Positions 41,117 through 54,061 are shown, numbered from the stretch's first letter. The stretch: 64,000 nt of DNA from Candidatus Binatia bacterium (GCA_963666515.2 OY762897.2:3200001-3264000), one strand, 5' to 3'. Numbers and translations: made by a program. Notes: a model not told the origin generated them from the sequence alone.

Positions 41117-41551
41117 CTAGATATCGAGAGGCTCGGGCAACTGTGCTTGGTGCGGGTGCTCCGGGCCGCCGTAGACCTTCAGCTTGTTGAGTTGGCCTCT
41201 TCCGAGCCGGTTCTTCGGCAGCATGCCCTTCACCGCCAAGCGCACCACCGCCTCCGGCTTGCTGGCCCGCATCTGCGGCAGCGTCGCCACCCGCAGGCCG
41301 CCGGGATACCCGGTGTGGCGGTAGTAGAGCTTGTCGGTGTCCTTGGCCCCGGTCAGCTTGACGCGGCTGGCGTTCACCACGATGACGAAGTCGCCCGCGT
41401 CCACGTGTGGGCTGAAGGAGGGCTTGTGCTTTCCTCGCAACACCCGGGCGATCTCGGTCGCCATCCGTCCGAGCACCTTGCCCTCGGCGTCGACGATATA
41501 CCAGCGACGCTGCGCCAGGGACTCCTCCTTTGTCATTTGAACCGTACGCAT
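41117..41551 (-). CDS. rplM: 50S ribosomal protein L13
   Basis: WYIVDA, LRGKHKP, GMLPKN, HPHQAQ; start MRTVQ (the longer ORF runs through tRNA-Asp). Confidence 0.96.
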   Translation of the reverse strand: MRTVQMTKEESLAQRRWYIVDAEGKVLGRMATEIARVLRGKHKPSFSPHVDAGDFVIVVNASRVKLTGAKDTDKLYYRHTGYPGGLRVATLPQMRASKPEAVVRLAVKGMLPKNRLGRGQLNKLKVYGGPEHPHQAQLPEPLDI

Positions 41552-41561
41552 ATCAAAAATA

Positions 41562-41638
41562 TGGCGGGGCCGACGAGACTCGAACTCGCGACCTCCGGCG
41601 TGACAGGCCGGCGTTCTAACCAGCTGAACTACGACCCC
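41562..41638 (-). tRNA. tRNA-Asp (GTC)
   Basis: GGGGTCG...CCGGC-CTGTCAC-GCCGG...CGGCCCC-G-CCA. Confidence 0.96.
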
Positions 41639-41717
41639 GAATGGAAAGAAACGTATAACGGTAATCTTCCGGGAATGCAACACCGGCGGCGCACGCGGAT
41701 CGCCGGCGTGCCGGGAA

Positions 41718-41790
41718 TGGGCGGTACAGGACTTGAACCTGTGACCCCCGGCTTGTAAGGCCGATGCTCTCCCAACTGAGCTAACCGCCC
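41718..41790 (-). tRNA. tRNA-Val (TAC), CCA not encoded
   Basis: GGGCGGT...TCGGC-CTTACAA-GCCGG...ACCGCCC-A. Confidence 0.95.
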
Positions 41791-41800
41791 GAAGCCCCGG

Positions 41801-44263
<2,463 letters not shown>

Positions 44264-44272
44264 GGCTCCCCC

Positions 44273-45526
<1,254 letters not shown>

Positions 45527-45538
45527 TGAAACTCCCCT

Positions 45539-46141
45539 TCACCCCTTTGCGGCTACGTCAGCGCGGCTGGTGATCACTTCATCCACCAATCCATATTCCA
45601 AAGCCTGCCGGCCCGTCATGAACAGGTCCCTGTCCGTATCCCGCTCGATTCTCTTGAGCGACTGACCCGTGTGCTTCACGAGGATCGCGCCGAGTTCCTC
45701 CCGCATCCTCAGAATCTCCCTGGCCTGGATGTCCACGTCGGCCGCGGTGCCCTGAAAGCCGCCGAGGGGCTGGTGGATCATGATGCGCGAGTGCGGCAGG
45801 GCGTAGCGCTTGCCCTTCTCGCCGGCGGCGAGCAGGACGGCGCCCATGCTGGCGGCCTGACCGAGGCATACGGTGGAGACCTGCGGGCGGATGTACTGGA
45901 TGGTGTCGTAGATGGCGAGGCCGGCGGTCACCGAGCCGCCCGGGGAGTTGATGTAGAAGTAGATGTCGCGTTCCGGATCCTCGGATTCCAGGAACAGCAA
46001 CTGCGCGGTGATCAGATTCGCCACCTCGTCTACGACCGGGCTCCCCAGAAAAACGATCCGGTCCTTCAGCAGGCGGGAATAAATGTCGTAGGCGCGCTCC
46101 CCGCGACCGGTCTGCTCTACGACGAAAGGAATGAAGTTCAT
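45539..46141 (-). CDS. clpP: Clp protease proteolytic subunit
   Basis: [27 protein letters not shown]. Confidence 0.98.
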   Translation of the reverse strand: MNFIPFVVEQTGRGERAYDIYSRLLKDRIVFLGSPVVDEVANLITAQLLFLESEDPERDIYFYINSPGGSVTAGLAIYDTIQYIRPQVSTVCLGQAASMGAVLLAAGEKGKRYALPHSRIMIHQPLGGFQGTAADVDIQAREILRMREELGAILVKHTGQSLKRIERDTDRDLFMTGRQALEYGLVDEVITSRADVAAKG

Positions 46142-46197
46142 GTTGCCTCAACCCGGGTGGCGACGCCACCAGAAAAGTCTAACCTCTTTTGTATCCG

Positions 46198-47496
46198 TCA
46201 GCAAGCGCTTTCCGGCGGGTCCACCACCGTAACGTCGGCCTGATCCAGCAGGAAATCCAGCGTCTTTTCGGACACGAGCTGGGAGCGCATGGTCTCTCGC
46301 GCCCAGTCCTGTCGGTAGTGCTCGCGCACCGCGGCCGCCTGACTGCCGCCGGCCCGGGCCACGGCGTCGATCCGGCCGTCCACCTCTTCGTCGGAAGCCG
46401 TGATCCCCTCGGCCGCGGCGATCTTCTCCAGCAGCAACGTCGCCCGGACCCGGCGTTCCGCCTGCGGCGTCAGCTCTTCCCGTACCTCCTCCGTGGTGGG
46501 TTCCGTAGCGTCCGCCCCCGGCCGTTCCCGCCGGCTCCCGGCCCGGCGCACGAGGTACGACAGTTCCCGGTCCACCATGGACGGAGCGACCTCGAAGTCG
46601 TGCTGGTCGATGAGATGCTCCATGATCCGGTCCTTCAACCCACCGTCCTGAAGCGTCTCGATCTCGCCCTGCAACCGGGAGCGCACCTTCTCGCGCAGTT
46701 CGTCCAGCGAATCGCACTCGCCGTAGTCGCGCGCGAACTCGTCATCGAGGGGAGGCAGAATCTTGCGCCGGATGTCCCGGACCGTCACCTCGAAGTCGGC
46801 CGTCTTCCCGGCCACGCGCTCATCGTTGGCATCCGCGGGGAAGCTCACCGCGATGTTGCCGGGCTCCCCCCGTTTCATGCCCACGAGGCCCCGTTCGAAC
46901 TCCGGTAACGCCTGGCCGGCGCCGATATCCACCCCGTAGCCCTCGGCCGCGCTTCCCGGAAACGGCTCACCGTCCACCGAGCCCGAGAAGTCGATCAGCA
47001 CGTAGTCTCCCTCTTCCACTTCGTCGCGCCCCTCCACCGGCTCCAGTTGCGCGTTGCGGTCCTGAAGCGACGTCAGGGCGCGGTCCACGTCGTCGTCCTT
47101 CACGTCGGCGCGCAAGCGCTCCACCGGCACCCCGCGATAGTCCTTCAGCTCGATGTCCGGCTTCACCTCGATCACCGCGCTGAACGCGAACGCCTGCGCC
47201 TCGTTCAGATCGCCGGTCTCCAGCCGCGGTTCGGACACCGGCTCCAGCCCCTGGTCCTTCACCGCGCCGGCGAGCGACTCCTCCACCAGCTCGGACAACG
47301 CCCGCGCCTGGATCTCCGTGCCGTAGAGGCCGCGCAGCACGTTCTGCGGAATCTTGCCGGCGCGAAAACCGCGCACCTTGGCCTGGCGCCCGAACTGCCG
47401 GTAGATGCGCGCGAAGGCCTTGTCCACCCGCTCCGCGGGGATCTCCACCCGCAGCCTTCGCTGGGTAGGCGTCAATACGTCGACTTCACACTTCAT
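46198..47496 (-). CDS. tig: Trigger factor
   Basis: GFRAGKIP ribosome-binding motif, FKBP domain, LDDEFA; upstream of clpP. Confidence 0.96.
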   Translation of the reverse strand: MKCEVDVLTPTQRRLRVEIPAERVDKAFARIYRQFGRQAKVRGFRAGKIPQNVLRGLYGTEIQARALSELVEESLAGAVKDQGLEPVSEPRLETGDLNEAQAFAFSAVIEVKPDIELKDYRGVPVERLRADVKDDDVDRALTSLQDRNAQLEPVEGRDEVEEGDYVLIDFSGSVDGEPFPGSAAEGYGVDIGAGQALPEFERGLVGMKRGEPGNIAVSFPADANDERVAGKTADFEVTVRDIRRKILPPLDDEFARDYGECDSLDELREKVRSRLQGEIETLQDGGLKDRIMEHLIDQHDFEVAPSMVDRELSYLVRRAGSRRERPGADATEPTTEEVREELTPQAERRVRATLLLEKIAAAEGITASDEEVDGRIDAVARAGGSQAAAVREHYRQDWARETMRSQLVSEKTLDFLLDQADVTVVDPPESAC

Positions 47497-47528
47497 CCCC
47501 GTTCCGCTCCCGAATTCCGTTGCCGTGA

Positions 47529-47611
47529 TGGTGCGAGAGGGGGGACTCGAACCCCCACGGTTGCCCGCTAGATCCTAAGTCTAGTGCGTCTACCAGTTCC
47601 GCCACTCTCGC
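47529..47611 (-). tRNA. tRNA-Leu (TAG)
   Basis: GCGAGAG...CTAGA-CTTAGGA-TCTAG, variable arm, CCA end. Confidence 0.95.
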
Positions 47612-47749
47612 ACGCCGTTGACACGCACACCCGCGTGTCCCTGCTTTTGCTGTAGCAACCGCGCAAACCGCAAGTCAAGGTAGCTTCCGTCCGGGATCGG
47701 CCTGATCGAGGGCTGGATGGCCGGTGAGCCTTTGAGAGAGGGGGGGGAG

Positions 47750-47823
47750 TGGGCCGCCAGGGATTCGAACCCCGGACCTACTGATTAAGAGTCAGCTGCT
47801 CTACCAGGCTGAGCTAGCGGCCC
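47750..47823 (-). tRNA. tRNA-Lys (CTT), CCA not encoded
   Basis: GGGCCGC...GCTGA-CTCTTAA-TCAGT...GCGGCCC-A. Confidence 0.95.
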
Positions 47824-47840
47824 GCACGACCTGTTTTGAT

Positions 47841-47918
47841 TGGGGTGAGTGAAGGGACTTGAACCCTCAACCCCTGGAGCCACAGTCCAGTGCTCTAACC
47901 AATTGAGCTACACTCACC
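47841..47918 (-). tRNA. tRNA-His (GTG), with encoded G-1
   Basis: G-GTGAGTG...CTGGA-CTGTGGC-TCCAG...CACTCAC-C-CCA. Confidence 0.95.
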
Positions 47919-47940
47919 AGAAACACCAACTTCCGACATG

Positions 47941-48017
<77 letters not shown>

Positions 48018-48075
48018 GTCGAACCGTTCCTTCAAAGCCCGTTCGCGGCAGGTCGGCCGAGCCGCCCCGCCGGCG

Positions 48076-48152
48076 TGGTCGGGGCGAGCCGATTTGAACG
48101 GCCGACCCCCTGCTCCCAAGGCAGGTGCGCTACCTGGCTGCGCTACGCCCCG
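48076..48152 (-). tRNA. tRNA-Pro (TGG)
   Basis: CGGGGCG...CCTGC-CTTGGGA-GCAGG...CGCCCCG-A-CCA. Confidence 0.95.
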
Positions 48153-48164
48153 TCACGGAGTCTG

Positions 48165-48192
48165 ATTTTACCTGATGTCGCGCCGATATCAA
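48165..48192 (-). promoter_or_regulatory. Sigma70-type promoter of the tRNA Pro-Arg-His-Lys cluster
   Basis: Minus strand TTGATA-N16-TAAAAT, 12 nt upstream of tRNA-Pro. Confidence 0.65.
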
Positions 48193-48239
48193 GCGTTGAG
48201 CCACCGGGAGCGCGTCCGGGCAGTCGAATCGCTGCGGGC

Positions 48240-48264
48240 GGGAGCGTCCGGCCGGTCGCCCTAC
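48240..48264 (-). repeat. Degenerate GTAG REP-like element overlapping the rph stop
   Basis: Minus strand GTAGGGCGACCGGCCGGACGCTCCC. Confidence 0.5.
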
Positions 48265-48986
48265 GAGCGCCAGTCCCGAAGCGCCCGTTGCTGCACGTCC
48301 AGGATCCGCTGGATGCCCGTCTGCGCCAGGAGGATCAACCGGTTGAGGGTCGCCGGGCTGAAGGGCCGCTTCTCGGCTGTGCCCTGGACCTCCACGAACT
48401 CCCCCGACCCGGTCATCACGAAGTTCATGTCCACCTCGGCGTTGTTGTCCTCGCCGGCGTCCAGATCCAGCAAGGTCTTTCCCTCCACCACGCCCACGCT
48501 GACCGCGGCGACGCTGTCCTTGAGCAGGCCCTCCGGCACGGTCTTGTCGGCGACCCACTTCGTCAACGCGCAGGCCAGCGCCACGTAGGCGCCGGTGATG
48601 GAGGCGGTGCGGGTGCCGCCGTCCGCCTGGATCACGTCGCAGTCCAGCCACACCGTCCGTTCGCCCAGACGGTCCATGTTTGCCACGGAGCGGAGGCTGC
48701 GTCCGATGAGCCGCTGGATCTCGTGGGTGCGGCCGCCCACCTTGCCGCGGGCCGCCTCCCTGGGGATGCGCACCGGCGACGACGACGGCAGCATGCCGTA
48801 CTCCGCGGTGATCCAGCCCCTGCCGGACTTGCGCAGGAACGGCGGCACCCGGTCTTCGATGTTGGCGGTGCAGATGACCCGCGTCCCGCCCATCTCCACC
48901 AGCACCGAGCCGGCGGCGTGCTCGATGAACCCGGGCGTGATGTGGACCGGCCGCAACTCCTCGTCCCCACGTCCGTCGGCTCGCAT
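48261..48986 (-). CDS. rph: Ribonuclease PH
   Basis: MRADGR, GWITAEYGMLP, GRTHEIQRLIGRSLR, ADGGTRTASITG, EVQGTAE. Confidence 0.97.
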   Translation of the reverse strand: MRADGRGDEELRPVHITPGFIEHAAGSVLVEMGGTRVICTANIEDRVPPFLRKSGRGWITAEYGMLPSSSPVRIPREAARGKVGGRTHEIQRLIGRSLRSVANMDRLGERTVWLDCDVIQADGGTRTASITGAYVALACALTKWVADKTVPEGLLKDSVAAVSVGVVEGKTLLDLDAGEDNNAEVDMNFVMTGSGEFVEVQGTAEKRPFSPATLNRLILLAQTGIQRILDVQQRALRDWRS

Positions 48987-49139
48987 GTGCATGTTTACCT
49001 GCACTCCGACGCACACCGTAGACGCTCTCAAGGCCGAAGACAAGCCCGACGCTACGCCGCTCTCGGGGTCCCTTCGTGGGAGGTCTCGGCAGCGCAAGGC
49101 GAGGTTCCGCTAAAGTTCCTCCGGGCGGCGTTGAGCCAC

Positions 49140-49167
49140 TTGACGCGGCTGGACGCCCCTGTAGAAT
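49140..49167 (+). promoter_or_regulatory. Sigma70-type promoter of the accessory island
   Basis: TTGACG-N16-TAGAAT, followed by a GGGAGA Shine-Dalgarno before ATG 49202. Confidence 0.65.
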
Positions 49168-49201
49168 ATCCATGGTCGACCAAAACTGACGGGAGAAGAC
49201 C

Positions 49202-49708
49202 ATGGTTTCCGATCAAACGAGAAACGCCGTCTGGCAGGACATCCTGGACGCAGCAAGACTCGTCCGGTACTACGAGACACTGGCCGACCGGCATCGGTTC
49301 AAGCACTGGCTGATTCGGTTCCTGATGTTGGCGGCGGCGGCCGGGGGAGTCGCGGCGCTGCTGGAATTGCTTCCATCCATTGCTCAGTTGGTGGCCGGCG
49401 GGCTGATCGCCTTGCTTGTTGTGTGGGACTCCATTTCCGACTACGCAAAGAAGGCTGCCGTGCTACACGCGATCAGCCTTGAATGCAGCTCCTTGGAAAA
49501 CGAATGGCGCGAGCTATGGCTGGACATCGAGAATGAGGCGACCGATGAGGCCGACGCTCGAGCCAGGAACAACCGGCTCGCACGCAGAATGGATGACGTA
49601 ACCGCATGGGCGGGGCACGCGGACATCCGAGAGAATACCAGGCTCAACGAGGAATGCGAGGCAGCGGCGTACCGCGTGGTGGTTGACCGATATGCAGCCG
49701 AGAACTAA
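49202..49708 (+). CDS. Two-TM membrane protein, SLATT-like effector
   Basis: 168 aa: N-terminal helix (RYYETLADRH), two adjacent hydrophobic segments (WLIRFLMLAAAAGGVAALL, IAQLVAGGLIALLVVW), helical C-terminus; promoter and RBS present. Family assigned by architecture only. Confidence 0.6.
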   Translation: MVSDQTRNAVWQDILDAARLVRYYETLADRHRFKHWLIRFLMLAAAAGGVAALLELLPSIAQLVAGGLIALLVVWDSISDYAKKAAVLHAISLECSSLENEWRELWLDIENEATDEADARARNNRLARRMDDVTAWAGHADIRENTRLNEECEAAAYRVVVDRYAAEN

Positions 49709-49814
49709 GAGAGCCAGCGGCAAGCCTGCGAGGCCGGGCAAGACTCCGCCGCCTTCCCCGCCTCCAAAACCTCCGTCCAAAAAACCTGCTCCGCCACGCC
49801 AGGACAAAGCATAG
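49692..49814 (+). CDS. Small Pro/Lys-rich peptide (40 aa), hypothetical
   Basis: Manual translation MQPRTKRASGKPARPGKTPPPSPPPKPPSKKPAPPRQDKA*; start overlaps the upstream gene by 17 nt, GGTGG upstream. Confidence 0.5.
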   Translation: MQPRTKRASGKPARPGKTPPPSPPPKPPSKKPAPPRQDKA

Positions 49815-49877
49815 CGCGCCGGCGACGGTTACTTCATGACGGGCCGTTGGGAGTGCGCTGAAACGTACGGAACCGAA

Positions 49878-51367
49878 ATGCTCGAACGCCTGGAGTTGGA
49901 AAACGTCGGCCCGGCGCCGGAAATGCTGCTGGATCTGCAACCCCGGTTGAATCTCATCACCGGCGACAACGGGCTCGGCAAGAGCTTCCTGCTTGATGCC
50001 GCCTGGTGGGCGCTGACGCGGAGGTGGCCTCGTGATCTGAATCACGCCTGACCTCCGGCTACGCGGCCCGTCCGTCGGATATTGCGAAACCGGCGAAGCT
50101 GCAATTCGCACTAACAACCACTGCCGGAAAGCGCGGGAGCTTCGAGAGCAGATACTCAGCCCAAGACGAGAGCTGGACCGGCCAACCTGGAAGACCGTGG
50201 AGCCCCGGACTGGTTATCCATGCACACGCCGACGGCGGCTTCTCGGTCTGGGATCCGGCCCGGAACTACTGGAAGAAAAAAGGGAATATCGACGTTCAGG
50301 ATCGGCTTCCGGGGTACGTTTTCTCACCGGAAGAGGTCTGGACCGGGCTGGTCGTCCCGATCCAGGGCAAAGCGACCAGGGTCTGCAAGGGACTCCTCGA
50401 CGATTGGTCGAGTTGGATACGGGAGAATGGGGAGAACGCACGCCGCATGGCCGAGGTCGTCAGTACACTGACGGTCGGAGACGAGCCTTGCCAAGTCGGT
50501 CCGATCCTGCGGCTTTCCGTTGATGACGCGCAGGACATCCCATCGATCAAGACCGAATATTCCGACGCCGTTCCGATCGTGCTCGCATCATCGGCGGTGC
50601 GCAGGATTACCGGCTTGGCCTATATGCTCGTGTGGGCCTGGAGCGAACACGTGCGTGCCGCAGCACAGCTCGGCTTAAAAGTCGCCGGGCAGGTAATTCT
50701 GCTGTTTGACGAAATAGACGCGCACCTTCATCCACGATGGCAGCGAGCCATCATACCCGCAATTCTCCGAGTAATGGACCATCTCACTGATCGCAACACG
50801 GGCGTACAGCTCATCGCGGCCACCCACTCGCCGCTCGTGCTCGCCTCGGTGGAGCCTCACTTCGATGAAGACCTCGACCGGCTATTCCACCTGGAGATAC
50901 GCAATGGTCGGGTGCACCTCGATGTCAAGCCGTGGGCGGCACAGGGCTTTCGGAATCTCTGCGCCTACTCTGCGATGTACGAACCGGTCGGGACTGTGGA
51001 TCACTTCGTAAGCTGCCATGAAGACCCGTCGAAGACATACGAGTGGGACAACTACCGCTACTGCGCAGCATGGATCAATTCAAGCAAGGGCAATGCGCCG
51101 GCAGGTGATCTGCTCGATCCGTTCGATATCGAGAACGGGTGGTTCGAGATCCATCTGCCGTCCTTGCAGTTGCGAGTTTCGGACACCATTCCCGACGAGT
51201 TCCGGGAACGCGCCGAGTACGTATTGAACAGGCTGCATCTGCGCGACGACGAGCGTGTCATACGTCAACGCAGCGAGTGGTACCGCATGTATCAATGCGG
51301 GGAGCTTTCCTTGGATGGACTCGACGGGAAAGCACCGCTGATAGCTGCAGCAATAGACAGGGCATGA
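49878..51367 (+). pseudogene. Frameshifted ABC/AAA-type ATPase fused in frame to an HNH nuclease domain (Septu/PtuAB-like)
   Basis: Walker A GDNGLGKS in 49878..50051; the frame switches within 50036-50048 and stays open into ORF 50447..51367, which has Walker B/D-loop LFDEIDAHLHPRWQ, H-loop ATHSP and then HNH motif LCAYS...DHF...YEWDNY..C...NSSK. Confidence 0.75.
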
Positions 51368-51422
51368 ACATGACGTTGACGTGGACGCGGGGAGGGGCGT
51401 GACCGGCGGCCCATCCACAATC

Positions 51423-51443
51423 GGGCTCGAATTCCGCCCCTAC
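51423..51443 (-). repeat. GTAG REP-like variant overlapping the aldehyde dehydrogenase stop
   Basis: Minus strand GTAGGGGCGGAATTCGAGCCC. Confidence 0.5.
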
Positions 51444-52861
51444 AGGTGGAAGACGACGGTCTTCAACTCGGTCATCTCCTCGACGGCGTACTTCGGGCCT
51501 TCCTTGCCGAAGCCCGACTCCTTGAGGCCGCCGTACGGCATCACGTCGGCGCGCCACTGCGGCCCCCAGTTCACGTGCAGGTTGCCGGACTCGACCTCGC
51601 GGGCGAAGCGCATGGCCCAGCCGACGTTCTCGGTGAAGATGCCCGCGGAAAGGCCGAACACCGTGTCGTTGGCCAGCGCGATGGCCTCGTCGATGGATTC
51701 GAACGGTGTGACCGCGACGGCCGGGCCGAACAGCTCGTCGCGCGAGATCCGCATGCCGCTGGAAACGTCGGCCACCACGGTGGGCGCGTAGACCGCACCG
51801 TTGCGGGAGCCTCCGGCCACCAGCCGGGCGCCTTCGCCGACGGCCTCGTTGACCCACTGCTCCACCCGGACGGCTTCGGCCTCCTTGATCATCGGCCCCA
51901 CCTGGGTCGCGGCATCGAGTTGGCTGCCGGTGGCCAGGGCCTCCACCCTGGGCGCCAGCGCGCCCAGGAAGTCCGCATACACCTTGCCGTCGGCCAGCAC
52001 GCGCTGGGTGGAGATGCAGACCTGCCCGGAATTGGCGTAGCCGGTGGCGGCCACGGCCGCGGCCACCTTGTCGAGGTCGGCGTCCGGCATGACGATCAAC
52101 GGGCAGTTGGAGCCCAGCTCCATGGTGACCTTCTTGATGCCCGCCACCCGGCAGATGTTCTCCCCCACCTCGCGGCTGCCGGTGAAGGTGATCTTGCGCA
52201 CCCGGGGGTCGGCCACCAGCGGATCGCCGATCTCGCCGCCCGAGCCGGTGAGGCACTGGACGCCCTCGGGCGGCACGCCGGCCTCCAGCAGGATCTCGGT
52301 GAGCTTGAGGCCCGACAGCGGCGTGTCGGAAGCCGGCTTGATGACCACCGAGTTGCCGCCGGCGATGGCCGGGCCCACCTTGTGGCACAGCAGGTTGAGC
52401 GGGAAGTTGAACGGGCCGATGGCCACCACCACGCCGCAGGGCACCCGGAGCGTGAAGGCCAACTTGCCCGCTCCCGCGGGGTCGGCGTCCAGCGGCACGG
52501 TCTCGCCGTGCACCCGCTTGGCCTCCTCGGCCGAGGCGGTCAGGGTCTCCACCGCCCGGCGCACCTCGCCCTTGCCCTCGGCCAGGACCTTGCCCTCCTC
52601 GCTGGAGATGAGCGTGCCCAACTCGTCCACCCGCTCGGCCATGAGCGCGGCCGCGCGGGTCAGCACGCGCCAGCGCTCGTGGGCGGTCATGCGCGCCATC
52701 ACCTTGGCGCCGCGCTCGGCGAACGCGAGCGCGCGATCCACGTCGGCGACGCCGGCCTTGGGCACGGCGTCGATGACGGAGCCGTCATACGGGTTGCCGA
52801 CATCCTGCATCCTGGGTCGGTCCACCCACTCGCCTGCAAGAAACATCTTCATGGCGATCAC
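51440..52861 (-). CDS. Aldehyde dehydrogenase family protein
   Basis: PFNFP, FTGS, MELGSN, GQVCIS (catalytic Cys), ELFGP, PYGGLKESG. Confidence 0.93.
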   Translation of the reverse strand: MIAMKMFLAGEWVDRPRMQDVGNPYDGSVIDAVPKAGVADVDRALAFAERGAKVMARMTAHERWRVLTRAAALMAERVDELGTLISSEEGKVLAEGKGEVRRAVETLTASAEEAKRVHGETVPLDADPAGAGKLAFTLRVPCGVVVAIGPFNFPLNLLCHKVGPAIAGGNSVVIKPASDTPLSGLKLTEILLEAGVPPEGVQCLTGSGGEIGDPLVADPRVRKITFTGSREVGENICRVAGIKKVTMELGSNCPLIVMPDADLDKVAAAVAATGYANSGQVCISTQRVLADGKVYADFLGALAPRVEALATGSQLDAATQVGPMIKEAEAVRVEQWVNEAVGEGARLVAGGSRNGAVYAPTVVADVSSGMRISRDELFGPAVAVTPFESIDEAIALANDTVFGLSAGIFTENVGWAMRFAREVESGNLHVNWGPQWRADVMPYGGLKESGFGKEGPKYAVEEMTELKTVVFHL

Positions 52862-52979
52862 ACTCCTTTGCGCGGTTCAGGCCGCATCATCATGCTGGGC
52901 TTGACCCGGGGCCCGGGGCGACGGTGAGGCAGTCCGGGGGGCGGGTGATGGCCCGGGATGACGGAGTGATGGTCCGTCG

Positions 52980-54050
52980 TCACACCAGGTCCCCTATCGG
53001 CTCCAGCACGGTTTCCGAGAGCCCCTCGATCATGGCGGCGAGGCTCGGCGGCTCCACCGTGCCGATGGCGGCCATGGCCGCCTGCCGGCGGGCGTGCATC
53101 TCCCCCACCGCGAAGCGCAGCGAGCCGAGCCGGTCGAACAGGGCCCCGGCCCGCTCCACGTCCGCGGCCGACGTGTCCGCCCGGTCCCTGTCGAGCACCT
53201 CCAGCAGCCGGCGCGCGTCGTCCGGCGGCGCGTTCTCCAGCGCGTGGACCGCCAGGACGCTGCGCTTGCCCTCGGCGATGTCGCTGCCGCGCTGGTCGCG
53301 GCCCTTGTCGCCGTAGAGGTCCAGCACATCGTCCTGCACCTGGAACAGGATGCCCAACTGGCGCGCCGCTTCGGTGAGCCCCTCGACGACCCCGGCCTCC
53401 CGGCCCAGCATCTCGGCGCTGCCCGCCATGCCCAGCACGAACAACCGCGCGGTCTTGGCTTCGACCATGTCGAAGTACCGCGCCAGCGAGGGGCGCGGAC
53501 TGGCCCGCAGGGCGAACTCCTGCTCCTGCCCGTCGATGACCTTCAGCGTCTCCATGAGGATGCGCCGCGCCAGCGCCTCCCGCCGCTCGCCCGACACCGG
53601 CGCGCGCTGCGCCAGCAGCAGCGTGAAGTAGAACATGGCGTCGCCAAGGTTGATGGCGCGGGCCACGCCGAACCGGCGCCATACCGTCTCGTGCCCCCGG
53701 CGTGCCTCGTCGCCGTCCTGCACGTCGTCGTGGACCAGCGTGGCGTTGTGCAGCATTTCGCACGCCGCGCCCATGGCCACCGCCCTGGCCGGGTCCTCGC
53801 CCAGGCAGTCCGCCACCAGCAGCGGCAGCAGCGCGCGCAGCCGCTTGCCGCCGGTCTGAAAGTGGTAGCGGGTCATCTCGGCCAGCCCGGAACCGGCAAG
53901 CTCCGCTTCCCGGACCACATCGTCGAGGAGGGACAGGACTTCGGGCAGGTAGCGTTTGCGGATGCTTTCGAGGTGGGCCAGGAACGCCTGCCTTGCCGCC
54001 GCCGAGGGGTCGCCGGCCGCCGCACGGCCCGGGGGATCGTCGCGCGCCAT
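52980..54050 (-). CDS. Polyprenyl diphosphate synthase
   Basis: GGKRLR, LVHDDVQD...RRG, NLGD, GQ, KT, FQVQDDVLD; start MARDD. Confidence 0.9.
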   Translation of the reverse strand: MARDDPPGRAAAGDPSAAARQAFLAHLESIRKRYLPEVLSLLDDVVREAELAGSGLAEMTRYHFQTGGKRLRALLPLLVADCLGEDPARAVAMGAACEMLHNATLVHDDVQDGDEARRGHETVWRRFGVARAINLGDAMFYFTLLLAQRAPVSGERREALARRILMETLKVIDGQEQEFALRASPRPSLARYFDMVEAKTARLFVLGMAGSAEMLGREAGVVEGLTEAARQLGILFQVQDDVLDLYGDKGRDQRGSDIAEGKRSVLAVHALENAPPDDARRLLEVLDRDRADTSAADVERAGALFDRLGSLRFAVGEMHARRQAAMAAIGTVEPPSLAAMIEGLSETVLEPIGDLV

Positions 54051-54061
54051 GCGCGTCCTTC

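Noticed and set aside
41552-41683. N-terminal extension of rplM in the ORF track
   Set aside because: Runs through the tRNA-Asp gene; L13 similarity begins at MRTVQ
48990-49135. GC-rich rph upstream region with a small TCCC-TTCG-TGGGA hairpin, considered as a riboswitch or retron ncRNA
   Set aside because: No recognisable aptamer or msr/msd layout, and no reverse transcriptase nearby; an Rfam search would be needed
50030-50051. Programmed ribosomal frameshift in the ATPase
   Set aside because: No slippery heptamer or homopolymer; a simple indel is more parsimonious
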